A stretch of DNA of 10,552 nt from Armatimonadia bacterium (GTDB taxonomy: Bacteria > Armatimonadota > Zipacnadia > Zipacnadales > UBA11051), in NCBI GenBank assembly GCA_039683575.1, contig JBDKRC010000263.1, forward strand, positions 1 to 10,552, in the 5' to 3' direction. The position numbers were made by a program, and so were the translations under genes. Shown here piece by piece: positions 1-7,592 of this stretch. A model generated the notes under the pieces. The model was given only the letters and a program-made list of their open reading frames with translations. It searched no databases and was not told the DNA's origin. Position 1 is the stretch's first letter, and every line of letters starts with the position of its first letter.

Positions 1-209
1 TACTCGGCGTGGAAGGTCTGGATCGTCACGCCGCGCTCGCGCTCTTCAGGCGCGTTGTCAATCTGATCAAAGTCCAGCGCCTTCGTGTTCGTGGTCGCCG
101 CTAGACACTTCGTAATGGCCGACGTCAGCGTCGTCTTGCCATGGTCTACGTGCCCAATCGTGCCCACGTTCACATGTGGCTTGTCGCGGACAAACTTCTC
201 CTTGCCCAT
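1..209 (-). CDS. tuf: Elongation factor Tu, N-terminal part (runs off the window's left edge)
   Basis: Not in the ORF track. Manual minus-strand translation from ATG 209 gives [69 protein letters not shown]. It contains the G1 P-loop GHVDHGKT and switch I RGVTI. GGAGG RBS at 215-219. Lies downstream of tRNA-Thr(GGT), as in tufB operons. Confidence 0.98.
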   Translation of the reverse strand, partial: MGKEKFVRDKPHVNVGTIGHVDHGKTTLTSAITKCLAATTNTKALDFDQIDNAPEERERGVTIQTFHAE

Positions 210-378
210 GATGGCCTCCCAGAGTCTCTGCCAAAGACAGGATACGCCGGCACGATTGCCGGCAGGGTCGTATGCTCAGGCCGCCACCGCGGCTTGAGCC
301 TATCGCTTCTACAGCTATCGCTATGGGTGTTTGGCGACTGTGGTGCCGCCGGTCTCTCCCACAACTCGGAAAAATCGC

Positions 379-454
379 TGGAGCCCACGACCGGGGTCGA
401 ACCGGTGACCTTGTCCTTACCAAGGACACGCTCTGCCGACTGAGCTACGTGGGC
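379..454 (-). tRNA. tRNA-Thr (anticodon GGT)
   Basis: Reverse complement GCCCACGTAGCTCAGTCGGCAGAGCGTGTCCTTGGTAAGGACAAGGTCACCGGTTCGACCCCGGTCGTGGGCTCCA. 76 nt, anticodon arm TGTCC-TTGGTAA-GGACA, GTTCGA T-loop, encoded CCA. Confidence 0.97.
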
Positions 455-459
455 TTAAC

Positions 460-545
<86 letters not shown>

Positions 546-557
546 ACGGGAAACGAA

Positions 558-583
558 CCCTCGGGTCACTGGTGACCCGAGGG
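558..583. repeat. Perfect 12-bp inverted repeat between the promoter and tRNA-Tyr
   Basis: ccctcgggtcac-tg-gtgacccgaggg. Confidence 0.8.
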
Positions 584-590
584 CACCGCT

Positions 591-619
591 ATAATACGGT
601 AGACTCGTCCAGACGTCAA
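591..619 (-). promoter_or_regulatory. Sigma70-type promoter for tRNA-Tyr/tRNA-Thr/tuf
   Basis: Minus strand TTGACG (619-614), 17 bp, TATTAT (596-591), followed by a GC-rich discriminator AGCGGTGCCC typical of stable-RNA promoters. Confidence 0.75.
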
Positions 620-697
620 GACTGAGTCTGCCAAAAAAACCACAATTATGCCCACCAGGACAGATTCTTCTCCGCGCTGCACCTGGCAGGGCTAAAA

Positions 698-773
698 TGG
701 AGCCGACGATCCGATTCGAACGGACGACCTAGGCATTACAAGTGCCTTGCTCTACCAACTGAGCTACGTCGGC
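698..773 (-). tRNA. tRNA-Thr (anticodon TGT)
   Basis: Reverse complement GCCGACGTAGCTCAGTTGGTAGAGCAAGGCACTTGTAATGCCTAGGTCGTCCGTTCGAATCGGATCGTCGGCTCCA. 76 nt, anticodon arm AGGCA-CTTGTAA-TGCCT, encoded CCA. Confidence 0.97.
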
Positions 774-797
774 CCAATTCCCACCCCGTAGAACGCA

Positions 798-840
798 CCA
801 CAGAGCCCCACACGGGGCTCTGTGGCCCCTCTGTGGGGCT
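798..840. other. Overlapping inverted repeats (alternative hairpins) between sigH and tRNA-Thr(TGT)
   Basis: ccacagagcccc-acac-ggggctctgtgg (798-825) forms a 12-bp stem. agccccaca (804-812) can instead pair with tgtggggct (832-840). Confidence 0.6.
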
Positions 841-939
841 ACGAGATCTCTCGAACAACCTTCGCCTGGTTAGCGCAGGCGCGCTGTTCATCTCAAACTG
901 TAGACTTCGTGGCGCAGGCGGCTCGCCGGCGCCTTGCCG

Positions 940-1587
940 CTAAGCCACGATCATATCCGTGCGGAGACTCCGCCCCATTTTCTTCTTCGCCCGCTGCAGC
1001 GCGTTGTCAATCTGCTTGACCCCGCACTTCAGCTCCCGCGCAATGTCACCGTACGATTTGCCCTCGATGTACCGGCGCAAGGCCTCCGCCTCAAGCTCCG
1101 ACAGGTAGCGGCGAATGTGCCCATCTACCTCGGTGCGGAACTCGTGGTGCAGGAACAACTCCTGCGGGTCACTCGGCCGGGACTCGATCAGTACGTCCCG
1201 CAAGGGCGGCTCATCATCGGCATCCGCGGCTGGCAATTCCGTTGACACATACAGATTTAGCAATGAGTGCTTTTGCCGCGTGGCTGTCTTCACGGCGGTA
1301 ATGATCTGCCGTGTTATGCACAGTTCGGCGAACGAACGGAATGCTGCCAGATTGTCTTCCGAGAAATCGCGGATGGCTTTGAACAGGCCGATCATACCCT
1401 CCTGGACCACATCTTCATGATCCGCGCCCAGAAGGAAATATGAACGAGCCTTACCCTCGACCAGATGACGGTACTTGCGCAGGATGTGTTCCGTGGCGCA
1501 TAGCGAACCGCTCTTGGCCTGCGCTACGACTTCCTCGTCGCGCATCGCCTGGAAGCCATAGCGCGCCCACAGATTCCCTGCGGCCAT
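940..1587 (-). CDS. sigH: SigH-family alternative sigma-70 factor, 215 aa
   Basis: Motifs KYRHLVEGKARSYFLLGADHEDVVQEGMIGLFKAIRDF, FRSFAELCITRQIITAVKTATRQKH and C-terminal HTH KSYGDIARELKCGVKQIDNALQRAKKK match the Firmicute SigH (Spo0H) signature. Start moved from the ORF-track 1695 to ATG 1587, which has AAGGAGGA at 1593-1600. Confidence 0.93.
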   Translation of the reverse strand: MAAGNLWARYGFQAMRDEEVVAQAKSGSLCATEHILRKYRHLVEGKARSYFLLGADHEDVVQEGMIGLFKAIRDFSEDNLAAFRSFAELCITRQIITAVKTATRQKHSLLNLYVSTELPAADADDEPPLRDVLIESRPSDPQELFLHHEFRTEVDGHIRRYLSELEAEALRRYIEGKSYGDIARELKCGVKQIDNALQRAKKKMGRSLRTDMIVA

Positions 1588-1828
1588 ACGTATCCTCCTT
1601 CCACTGCAAAGTGTAGCGGAGAACGCGTGTAACGGCGTGCGACTTATGCTGCAAGTGTTACCAAATCCCCCGCCTTTGCCACCGAATGATGGCAAACCTC
1701 GTGGAACAGGACGAGCGTTGCCACTCCTCCTGGAGCATATATATGCCGTATCGGCCCGGAACCGATGGTGTCGTCAATTGTGAAAGTGGTCGTGGCCAGA
1801 TTGACTCAACAGCCAACGATTATTGTTA

Positions 1829-1857
1829 AGTATAGCCAAAATCAGCCCGACCGTCAA
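1829..1857 (-). promoter_or_regulatory. Sigma70-type promoter upstream of sigH
   Basis: Minus strand TTGACG (1857-1852), 17 bp, TATACT (1834-1829). Implies a ~235-nt 5' leader. Confidence 0.7.
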
Positions 1858-2075
1858 GAAATCCCGCGCCCCCCTGCATCACCCGGACTGGCGGACCTCC
1901 TCCAGCACCGCACCCGCCTGCTGATCGACCTTTACATTGTGGTATATATTGCCTATTACCCTGGCGCGGTCGATCACAAACGTGGTTCGCTCGGCTTCCC
2001 TACACCTATGGCAGGGATCAACAGTTCCAGGCCCGCAAGGGAACCGATACTCCAGACGCGAATGCTTACAACCAT

Positions 2076-3236
2076 ATGCTGAACCTGAACCGGGTGGGAT
2101 TGGGTGTCATTCTTCTCGTGCTGGGAGCAGCCGCCGCGGCTGCCGCCCCGCCGCCGGAAGTGCACGCCTACTACTTCACCGCCCCCCAGTGCCCCAGTTG
2201 CGACAAGGCCGACAACCTCATGGCCACCTTGCTGGCCAACGACCCGCAGGTCAAGCTACACACCCTCAACGTCTACCTGCCCCCGGAATATGAGGTCGCT
2301 GAGGCGCTGCTCGTTGTCTCGGGCATCTCGAGCAAGGAATTGCCGCTGGGCCCTGGCCTACTGGTGGGGCAGACCTACATCAACCGCAATAAGTTCTCCA
2401 AAGCAGCGGTGGAGGCTGCACTTAACGCCTACCGCACCACCGGCGCCCCCGACCGGACTGCCGAGGCAATGCCGCTCAAGGGCCACGCCCGCGAATCGTT
2501 GCCCCAGGAGTTGCGTCGCTGGGGGCTGCTCCCGTTCCTCGTGGCCGGGCTGCTTGACGGGATCAACCCCTGCGCCTTCGCCACTTTGATCTTCTTCCTG
2601 TCATACCTGGGGATGATGGGCAGCCGGGGTTGGTCGCTGGCCTCGGCAGGTCTGGCCTTCGCCGCGGGAGTGTTTGCCGCCTATTTCGTCTTTGGCCTCG
2701 GCCTGTTGCACGCCCTGTGGGCGCTCAACAGCCTCCCCTTGTTGCGCTGGGGGCTGTTGCTGCTCATGGGAGCGATCTCTCTCGTGTTTGCCGGTCTCTC
2801 CTTCAGGGACTACCGGCGCATCTCGAAGGGCGACTTCGCCTCTGTAACGCTGCAACTGCCTTTGGGGCTCAAGCAACAGACCCACGCGATCATCAGGCAC
2901 GGTCTGCGGGCACGACTGCTGTACCCGGCCAGCTTCCTCATCGGCGCCGGCGTCTCGACGCTGGAGCTTGCCTGCACGGGACAGGTCTACGTCCCGGCGC
3001 TCATCTACATGATGAGCCTCGACGAGACCCGCAACCGGGCCGTCGGCTGGCTGCTTATGTATGACGTGATGTTTGTCGTTCCCCTGTTGTGTCTGCTGCT
3101 ACTCGTCCTCAGAGGCAGCACCTCCAAGCGCCTGAAAGCCCTGGCCGAGGAGCAGGCCGGCAAGACCAAGCTCTACCTTGCGGTGTTCTTCGTGCTCTGC
3201 GCGGCGTACTTCCTGATGCGCGCGGCAGGGCTGTAA
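2076..3236 (+). CDS. Exported thioredoxin-like CxxC domain fused to a CcdA/DsbD-like (cytochrome c biogenesis-type) transmembrane domain, 386 aa
   Basis: N-terminal signal/TM, then YYFTAPQCPSC (CxxC after a beta strand). About 6 TM helices follow, with the two membrane cysteines in LLDGINPCAF and LELACTGQVY, typical of CcdA/DsbD-beta-like domains. No clear RBS, so the start is less certain. Confidence 0.85.
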   Translation: MLNLNRVGLGVILLVLGAAAAAAAPPPEVHAYYFTAPQCPSCDKADNLMATLLANDPQVKLHTLNVYLPPEYEVAEALLVVSGISSKELPLGPGLLVGQTYINRNKFSKAAVEAALNAYRTTGAPDRTAEAMPLKGHARESLPQELRRWGLLPFLVAGLLDGINPCAFATLIFFLSYLGMMGSRGWSLASAGLAFAAGVFAAYFVFGLGLLHALWALNSLPLLRWGLLLLMGAISLVFAGLSFRDYRRISKGDFASVTLQLPLGLKQQTHAIIRHGLRARLLYPASFLIGAGVSTLELACTGQVYVPALIYMMSLDETRNRAVGWLLMYDVMFVVPLLCLLLLVLRGSTSKRLKALAEEQAGKTKLYLAVFFVLCAAYFLMRAAGL

Positions 3237-3256
3237 CACACCGACCTGGACCCCGC

Positions 3257-3291
3257 AAAAAAGCCGCCGCCCTGCATGGGGCGGCGGCTTT
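3257..3291. terminator. Bidirectional intrinsic terminator between convergent genes
   Basis: aaaaaa-gccgccgccc-tgcatg-gggcggcggc-ttt. 10-bp GC stem, 6-U tail on the minus strand and a short U tail on the plus strand. Confidence 0.85.
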
Positions 3292-3336
3292 GTGACTTGT
3301 GCGTACGAACGAGACACTGCCCGAGCGCGAGGTGCC

Positions 3337-3984
3337 TTAGCTCGTGCCGTCCGCCCGGTTGTGGGCGCCTTGGCCAGCCATTATGGCGCTTTGGGACAGC
3401 CACTTGGCGTGACCATCACAGAAGGTGAGGTTGCAGCCATCGTTGTGCCGCTTGCTGGCTGCGGTCCAGGTCGCGTAGGTGTATGGCGGGTTCGGGCCAA
3501 CCTGTGACCACGGGGCAGTCGCCTCGATCAGCATCATCGTCTCGGCAGGCGCGACGATTGTGCCCATAGCGGCCCAGCGGAGCTCTAGGCCCATTCCATA
3601 GCTAACGCTGTGGTCTGTGGTCCAGGCTGCCGTGGGGGCGTTGGGAGTGGCGCACGGCTTCTGCTGGCCGGCCAGAACCTGGCATGGCGCCGAGTCCGAA
3701 GGACAGATACCAACCTGGTAGTTCTTGATGTAGGGCTGCACCACAGTGTCCCACTCGCCGCCGTAGGACGTGGCGGAGCAGTCTGCGGACGGCAGTTTCT
3801 CGTCGTAGTCCTGCGAGTACGACAGTATCGCCAGACCAAGCTGTTTCATGTTGGACAGACAGCTCGACTGGCGGGCCTTCTCGCGTGCCTTGGCGAAAAC
3901 CGGGAACAGAATGGCCGCCAGAATGGCGATGATGGCGATAACGACCAGCAACTCAATGAGCGTAAAACCGCGTTTCCTAAGCAC
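3337..3984 (-). CDS. Prepilin-type N-terminal cleavage/methylation domain protein, DUF1559 / H-X9-DG family, ~215 aa
   Basis: RG^[46 protein letters not shown] at the N-terminus and [12 protein letters not shown] near the C-terminus. GTG 3984 chosen as start because AAGGAG (3994-3999) is 9 nt from it but abuts ATG 3993. The 457-aa ORF-track extension is not supported. Confidence 0.92.
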   Translation of the reverse strand: MLRKRGFTLIELLVVIAIIAILAAILFPVFAKAREKARQSSCLSNMKQLGLAILSYSQDYDEKLPSADCSATSYGGEWDTVVQPYIKNYQVGICPSDSAPCQVLAGQQKPCATPNAPTAAWTTDHSVSYGMGLELRWAAMGTIVAPAETMMLIEATAPWSQVGPNPPYTYATWTAASKRHNDGCNLTFCDGHAKWLSQSAIMAGQGAHNRADGTS

Positions 3985-4027
3985 TCTAGGCATCTCCTTG
4001 CCATTGGATATTCGCTGCCAGTTCACA

Positions 4028-4057
4028 ACTATATAACACAATATAGTGATATTGCAA
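4028..4057 (-). promoter_or_regulatory. Putative promoter of the DUF1559 gene with an overlapping palindromic operator
   Basis: Minus strand TTGCAA (4057-4052), 18 bp, TATAGT (4033-4028), within an AT-rich island. Inverted repeat ACTATAT-N6-ATATAGT at 4028-4047. Confidence 0.55.
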
Positions 4058-4194
4058 GTGCAAGGTGTGCGCTTGTCCATAGCGGCAGCGGAAGTCCTGT
4101 CTTGCCGGCAATAGACGGGGAAATCCGACAAGAGCTGTGGCATCTGGTAAGCCCTGCTGAAGAGACCGGCTATGGCTCTGAGACGGCAGCCTGA

Positions 4195-4262
4195 TCTGTC
4201 GAAAGATGGACTTGGAGGTCTCTCCACAGGCGGATGCGGCTGTCCTGCGGACCGCGTACACT
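4195..4262 (+). promoter_or_regulatory. Repeated promoter module, copy 1 (most diverged box)
   Basis: TCTGTCG-AA-AGATGGA (4195-4210), TCTCCAC-AG-GCGGATG (4221-4236), -10-like TACACT (4257-4262). Offsets are the same as in copies 2-4. Confidence 0.65.
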
Positions 4263-4374
4263 GCAAACGTAGAAGCATCACTGGTGCTGCTGCGAAGAGT
4301 AAGCTACGTTGGTTTGGCGCAACCGAGGGTGGCCAGAAGATCATGGTTGAGATGTCCCGGTCGCAGGTGCAGCA

Positions 4375-4581
4375 ATGAGTGGCAGGTTCGAGAGCAGGCG
4401 AATGCCGGGCATCCGCCATTGGACCAGCAGCAACGGCCAGTTCCGATTCCGCTGCGCCAGCCCCCGGGTAGCCATTGCCGATGCTGGTATGCCGCTGGAA
4501 TACCGCGTGCGCTGCTTTGAACTCAAGGCGAACGGTGATAGGGGCCCCGAGGCAGTCGTGAACTGCCGCATGGCTCCCTGA
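4375..4581 (+). CDS. Possible small hypothetical protein, 68 aa
   Basis: ATG preceded by AGGTG (4365-4369). First plausible ORF after promoter copy 1. The C-terminal half [25 protein letters not shown] looks beta-strand-like. No family recognised. Confidence 0.25.
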   Translation: MSGRFESRRMPGIRHWTSSNGQFRFRCASPRVAIADAGMPLEYRVRCFELKANGDRGPEAVVNCRMAP

Positions 4582-4700
4582 ACAGGCTAAGCGTCCCAGG
4601 CGTGCAGATTGTGACGCCCGCGCGGTTCGCGGCACGGCACAGTGGACAGCATCACCATTGGCCGCCTTATCACGCTGCGGTCGCCACAAAGAGGTATTAC

Positions 4701-5450
4701 ATGGCGGCACTCCGCTCCAGCGAGGAAGACGTCGTAGAGATTCGCCGCACTTTCAGCGAGCCTTTTGAAGAGCTTTTGGTGGAAGTGTCGAGCGACCCGC
4801 TGCGAGCGGAGGCCCTCGCTACGCGCCTGACTGACATGCGCAGGCATGCCATCGAACGCCACGACTATTATGAGCGTTACTGTAATCAATATCTCGCCAT
4901 AGGGCTGGCGATGCTGCCGTTTGCGTTCACGATCGGCGGGTTCGTACTGAACTTCATGAGGACGGGGGGTGTAGGCGCGGTCTGGGCGCTTCCGACGGCC
5001 CTGGGCATCTTGACCTTTGCGGGTACGGGCCTGGCCGTACTAATCCTCTACATCAGAATGACCTCCACCAACTACTGCTATCGTCAGATCGAGAAGACAC
5101 GGTCGTGGTACCATACCCACAGCGTCTTGTCGGGCACCGGGAATGCCGACAAGATGAGTCCCGAGCAGCAGGATGCGGACAGAAGAGACTTTGCCGACAA
5201 TCTGCGGATCTACGGCGAGCAATGGCTGCTCTTCATGCAGGTGCCGTGGGCGCCGATTGCAGAAGACATTGAGCGCATTTTTACTCTTTTCGTGTTACAG
5301 TCAGCCAAGCGCCGCCACGTGCGGACGCTCGCGAAGGTTGTTCAGTGGGGAGTGACGATGGGAACGGTGCTGCTTATCGTGGGGCTGATGTACCTGGCGG
5401 CGGGAATGGGCACGCATGTCACGGCGACAGCGGGGGGCAGGATGCGATAG
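4701..5450 (+). CDS. Hypothetical membrane protein, 249 aa, with two N-proximal TM helices and one C-terminal TM helix
   Basis: ATG 4701 with AAAGAGG RBS. Hydrophobic segments [49 protein letters not shown] and [23 protein letters not shown]. Confidence 0.8.
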   Translation: MAALRSSEEDVVEIRRTFSEPFEELLVEVSSDPLRAEALATRLTDMRRHAIERHDYYERYCNQYLAIGLAMLPFAFTIGGFVLNFMRTGGVGAVWALPTALGILTFAGTGLAVLILYIRMTSTNYCYRQIEKTRSWYHTHSVLSGTGNADKMSPEQQDADRRDFADNLRIYGEQWLLFMQVPWAPIAEDIERIFTLFVLQSAKRRHVRTLAKVVQWGVTMGTVLLIVGLMYLAAGMGTHVTATAGGRMR

Positions 5451-5537
5451 TTGTGGCGAGGCCGCCCAGCATCCATAGGGGTACGGCACGGCCGGCGCCT
5501 AACACGACACCGTCGTTGATTTGCTGAGGAAGGCACA

Positions 5538-6740
5538 ATGGGGGAGACATTGCTCCCCACGGAGGACACTACGGAACGAACGCAGGTAGAAGCAGCGTTG
5601 GCGGCCTCAGAGATGCGGTACCGGCGGCTCTTTGAGACCGCGCAGGACGGCATTTGGTTGGTGGATGCTCACACTGGGGAGATCGTGGACTCCAACCCCT
5701 TCCTTGAAGATCTGCTGGGGTATACCCACGACGAGATGGTGGGCATGAAGCTTTGGGAGGTCGGCCCGTTCAAAGACATGGCAGCCGCCAAGCTGGCCTT
5801 TGAGAAGCTGCAAGAAGAGCGGTACATCCGCTACGAAGACCTGCCCCTGCAGACAAAAGGCGGCCGGAGCATCAACGTCGAGTTCGTCAGCAACGTGTAT
5901 GCGGTCGGGGACGAGGAAATCATCCAGTGTAACATCCGCGACATCACCGAACGCGCGCAAGCCGAGGAGCAGTTGCATGTTCTGCGCCTTGAGCTTGAGG
6001 AGCGCGTTGCAGAGCGCACCGCAGAGCTGGCGCGAGCCAATCTCGCTCTCCAGGGCGAGATCGTTGAGCGCGAACGGGCCGAAGCGCGCGAACTCACGGT
6101 AGTGGTGGAGGAGCGGACGCGCATGGCCCGCGAGATCCACGATACACTCGCCCAAGGCTTTACGGGTATTGTCATCCAGTTGGAGGCCGCTGAGGATGTA
6201 CTGCTGGAGCAGCCGGAAGCCGCACGCCTGCATGTACTCCAGGCGCGCACCCTGGCGCGAGAGAGCCTGGCCGAGGCCCGCCGCTCGGTCTGGGCCCTGC
6301 GGCCACTGGTACTGGCGGCCGAGGACCTCGGATACGCCTTTCTCCACCTCGTGAAGAAGCTGGCGGAGGAATCCGGGACGGCAATCGAATTCACTCTCAG
6401 CGGCGTGCTCCGCCCGCTGAGCGAGGATCTTGAGCACCATCTGCTGCGTATTGGCCAGGAGGCGCTCACCAACGCCCTCAGACACGCCAATGCGACCGAG
6501 ATCCGCGTGACGCTCACCTGCAACAGCGACTCGATTACGTTAAGCATAGAGGATCAAGGTGAAGGGTACGAGGTCCTTGCGGGGGGAGACAAGCGCGGCC
6601 TGGGACTGCGCGGCATGCAAGAGCGCGCGGATGCTATTGGCGGAGAGCTTGAGATCGGCAGCGCGCCTGGACAGGGGACTCGCGTACGAGTGACAGTGCC
6701 ACTTCCTCGTGATGAAGGAGAGCCTCTTGCAGAAGACTGA
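5538..6740 (+). CDS. Soluble PAS-domain sensor histidine kinase, HisKA_3 (NarX/UhpB-type), 400 aa
   Basis: PAS from [12 protein letters not shown] to NIRDITER, then a coiled coil. H-box [16 protein letters not shown]-box [12 protein letters not shown]1 EDQGEG, G2 [18 protein letters not shown]. No TM segment. GAGG upstream of the ATG. Confidence 0.95.
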   Translation: MGETLLPTEDTTERTQVEAALAASEMRYRRLFETAQDGIWLVDAHTGEIVDSNPFLEDLLGYTHDEMVGMKLWEVGPFKDMAAAKLAFEKLQEERYIRYEDLPLQTKGGRSINVEFVSNVYAVGDEEIIQCNIRDITERAQAEEQLHVLRLELEERVAERTAELARANLALQGEIVERERAEARELTVVVEERTRMAREIHDTLAQGFTGIVIQLEAAEDVLLEQPEAARLHVLQARTLARESLAEARRSVWALRPLVLAAEDLGYAFLHLVKKLAEESGTAIEFTLSGVLRPLSEDLEHHLLRIGQEALTNALRHANATEIRVTLTCNSDSITLSIEDQGEGYEVLAGGDKRGLGLRGMQERADAIGGELEIGSAPGQGTRVRVTVPLPRDEGEPLAED

Positions 6741-7356
6741 CCCGATCAGGATTCTGGTAGCTGATGACCATCCGGTAGTGCGTGCGGGCCTTGTGGCGCT
6801 GGTGGACCGGCGACCCGATATGACTGTGGTCGCTGAGGCGTCCAACGGGCAGGAACTGCTGGATCAGTTCCTGCTGCACCGCCCGGATGTCGCTCTCGTG
6901 GACTTGCGCATGCCCGAAATGGACGGCGCCGACGCCATCGCAGCCATTCGCGAACGAGCGCCCGGGGCGCGCGTGATCGTTTTGACGACCTACGACGACG
7001 ACGAGGACATCCAGCGCAGCCTCCGCGCCGGCGCCAAAGCCTACATGCTCAAGGACGCGGCCCGTGATGATCTGCTAGCTGCCATCAAAGCTGTACACGA
7101 GGGGCGGACCCTCATTCCCCCGGCCATCGCCACCAAACTGGCCGAATCCATAGGTGCGCCTACCCTGACCGCTCGCGAACTCGAGGTGCTGGCGCTCGTT
7201 GCGGACGGCAAGTCCAATCGCGAGATCGCCACTCTCCTGTTCATCACCGAAGGCACCGTCAAAAGCCATCTCAGCACCATGCTGGGAAAGCTTGACGCCT
7301 CTGACCGCACGCAGGCAGTGACCATCGCTCTCAAGCGGGGCCTCCTGCGGCTGTAG
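6727..7356 (+). CDS. NarL/FixJ-family response regulator (REC + LuxR-type HTH), 209 aa
   Basis: ILVADDH, phosphoacceptor VDLRMP, LTTY, YMLK and [43 protein letters not shown] 6727 has AAGGAG (6715-6720) 6 nt upstream. Overlaps the kinase 3' end. Confidence 0.96.
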   Translation: MQKTDPIRILVADDHPVVRAGLVALVDRRPDMTVVAEASNGQELLDQFLLHRPDVALVDLRMPEMDGADAIAAIRERAPGARVIVLTTYDDDEDIQRSLRAGAKAYMLKDAARDDLLAAIKAVHEGRTLIPPAIATKLAESIGAPTLTARELEVLALVADGKSNREIATLLFITEGTVKSHLSTMLGKLDASDRTQAVTIALKRGLLRL

Positions 7357-7424
7357 CTCCTCGTACCCTCCTGTCTGCACGTCTGGCCCCCATTGCCTCT
7401 CGTTGCTCCTGCCATGTCCCTGTA

Positions 7425-7492
7425 GCCACCGAAAGACATAGACGCAAACCCACCCGCCGGCGGATGTGCCACTTCAGTCCCGCGGCTATAGT
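7425..7492 (+). promoter_or_regulatory. Repeated promoter module, copy 2
   Basis: GCCACCG-AA-AGACATA (7425-7440), CACCCGC-CG-GCGGATG (7451-7466), TATAGT (7487-7492). Upstream of the beta-barrel gene. Confidence 0.75.
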
Positions 7493-7592
7493 TACAACAG
7501 TCCGGCACTTGGATGTGCCTGGACACAGGACCTGATGACGCTCTCGTACGCGTCACAGTCCAAATGCAGCAAGAGAGACAAGAGGCGGCAAG

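Noticed and set aside
590-595. Perfect TATAAT on the plus strand
   Set aside because: It has no matching -35 and no downstream plus-strand gene. It overlaps the minus-strand -10 element.
1588-1695. 36-aa N-terminal extension of SigH from the ORF track
   Set aside because: A strong RBS precedes ATG 1587, and the extension is not sigma-like.
1690-1722. GGCAAACC...GGAA...GGACG resembling a c-di-GMP-I riboswitch
   Set aside because: It lacks the GCAAA and second-stem motifs and lies antisense to the sigH leader.
1931-1959. TTTACA-17-TATTAC as promoter of the CcdA-like gene
   Set aside because: Plausible AT-rich patch, but the -10 lacks the conserved final T and several registers fit equally well, so it was not called.
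4172-4520. ORFs 4172-4378 and 4206-4520
   Set aside because: Both start upstream of or inside promoter module copy 1, lack a convincing RBS and show no recognisable motif.
3985-4710. 242-aa N-terminal extension of the DUF1559 ORF
   Set aside because: Prepilin cleavage motifs sit at the N-terminus. An RBS and promoter lie just upstream of 3984, and the extension has no protein-like features.
5607-6547. Long antisense ORFs (292 aa, 238 aa) opposite the kinase, and the 373-aa ORF opposite the TPR gene
   Set aside because: Typical shadow ORFs of GC-rich coding sequence, with no motifs.
7429-7452. CGAAAG...GACGCAAAC resembling the c-di-GMP-I riboswitch core
   Set aside because: There is no stem around GAAA and no upstream GGCAAAC, and GACGCAAA is not kept in the other three copies.
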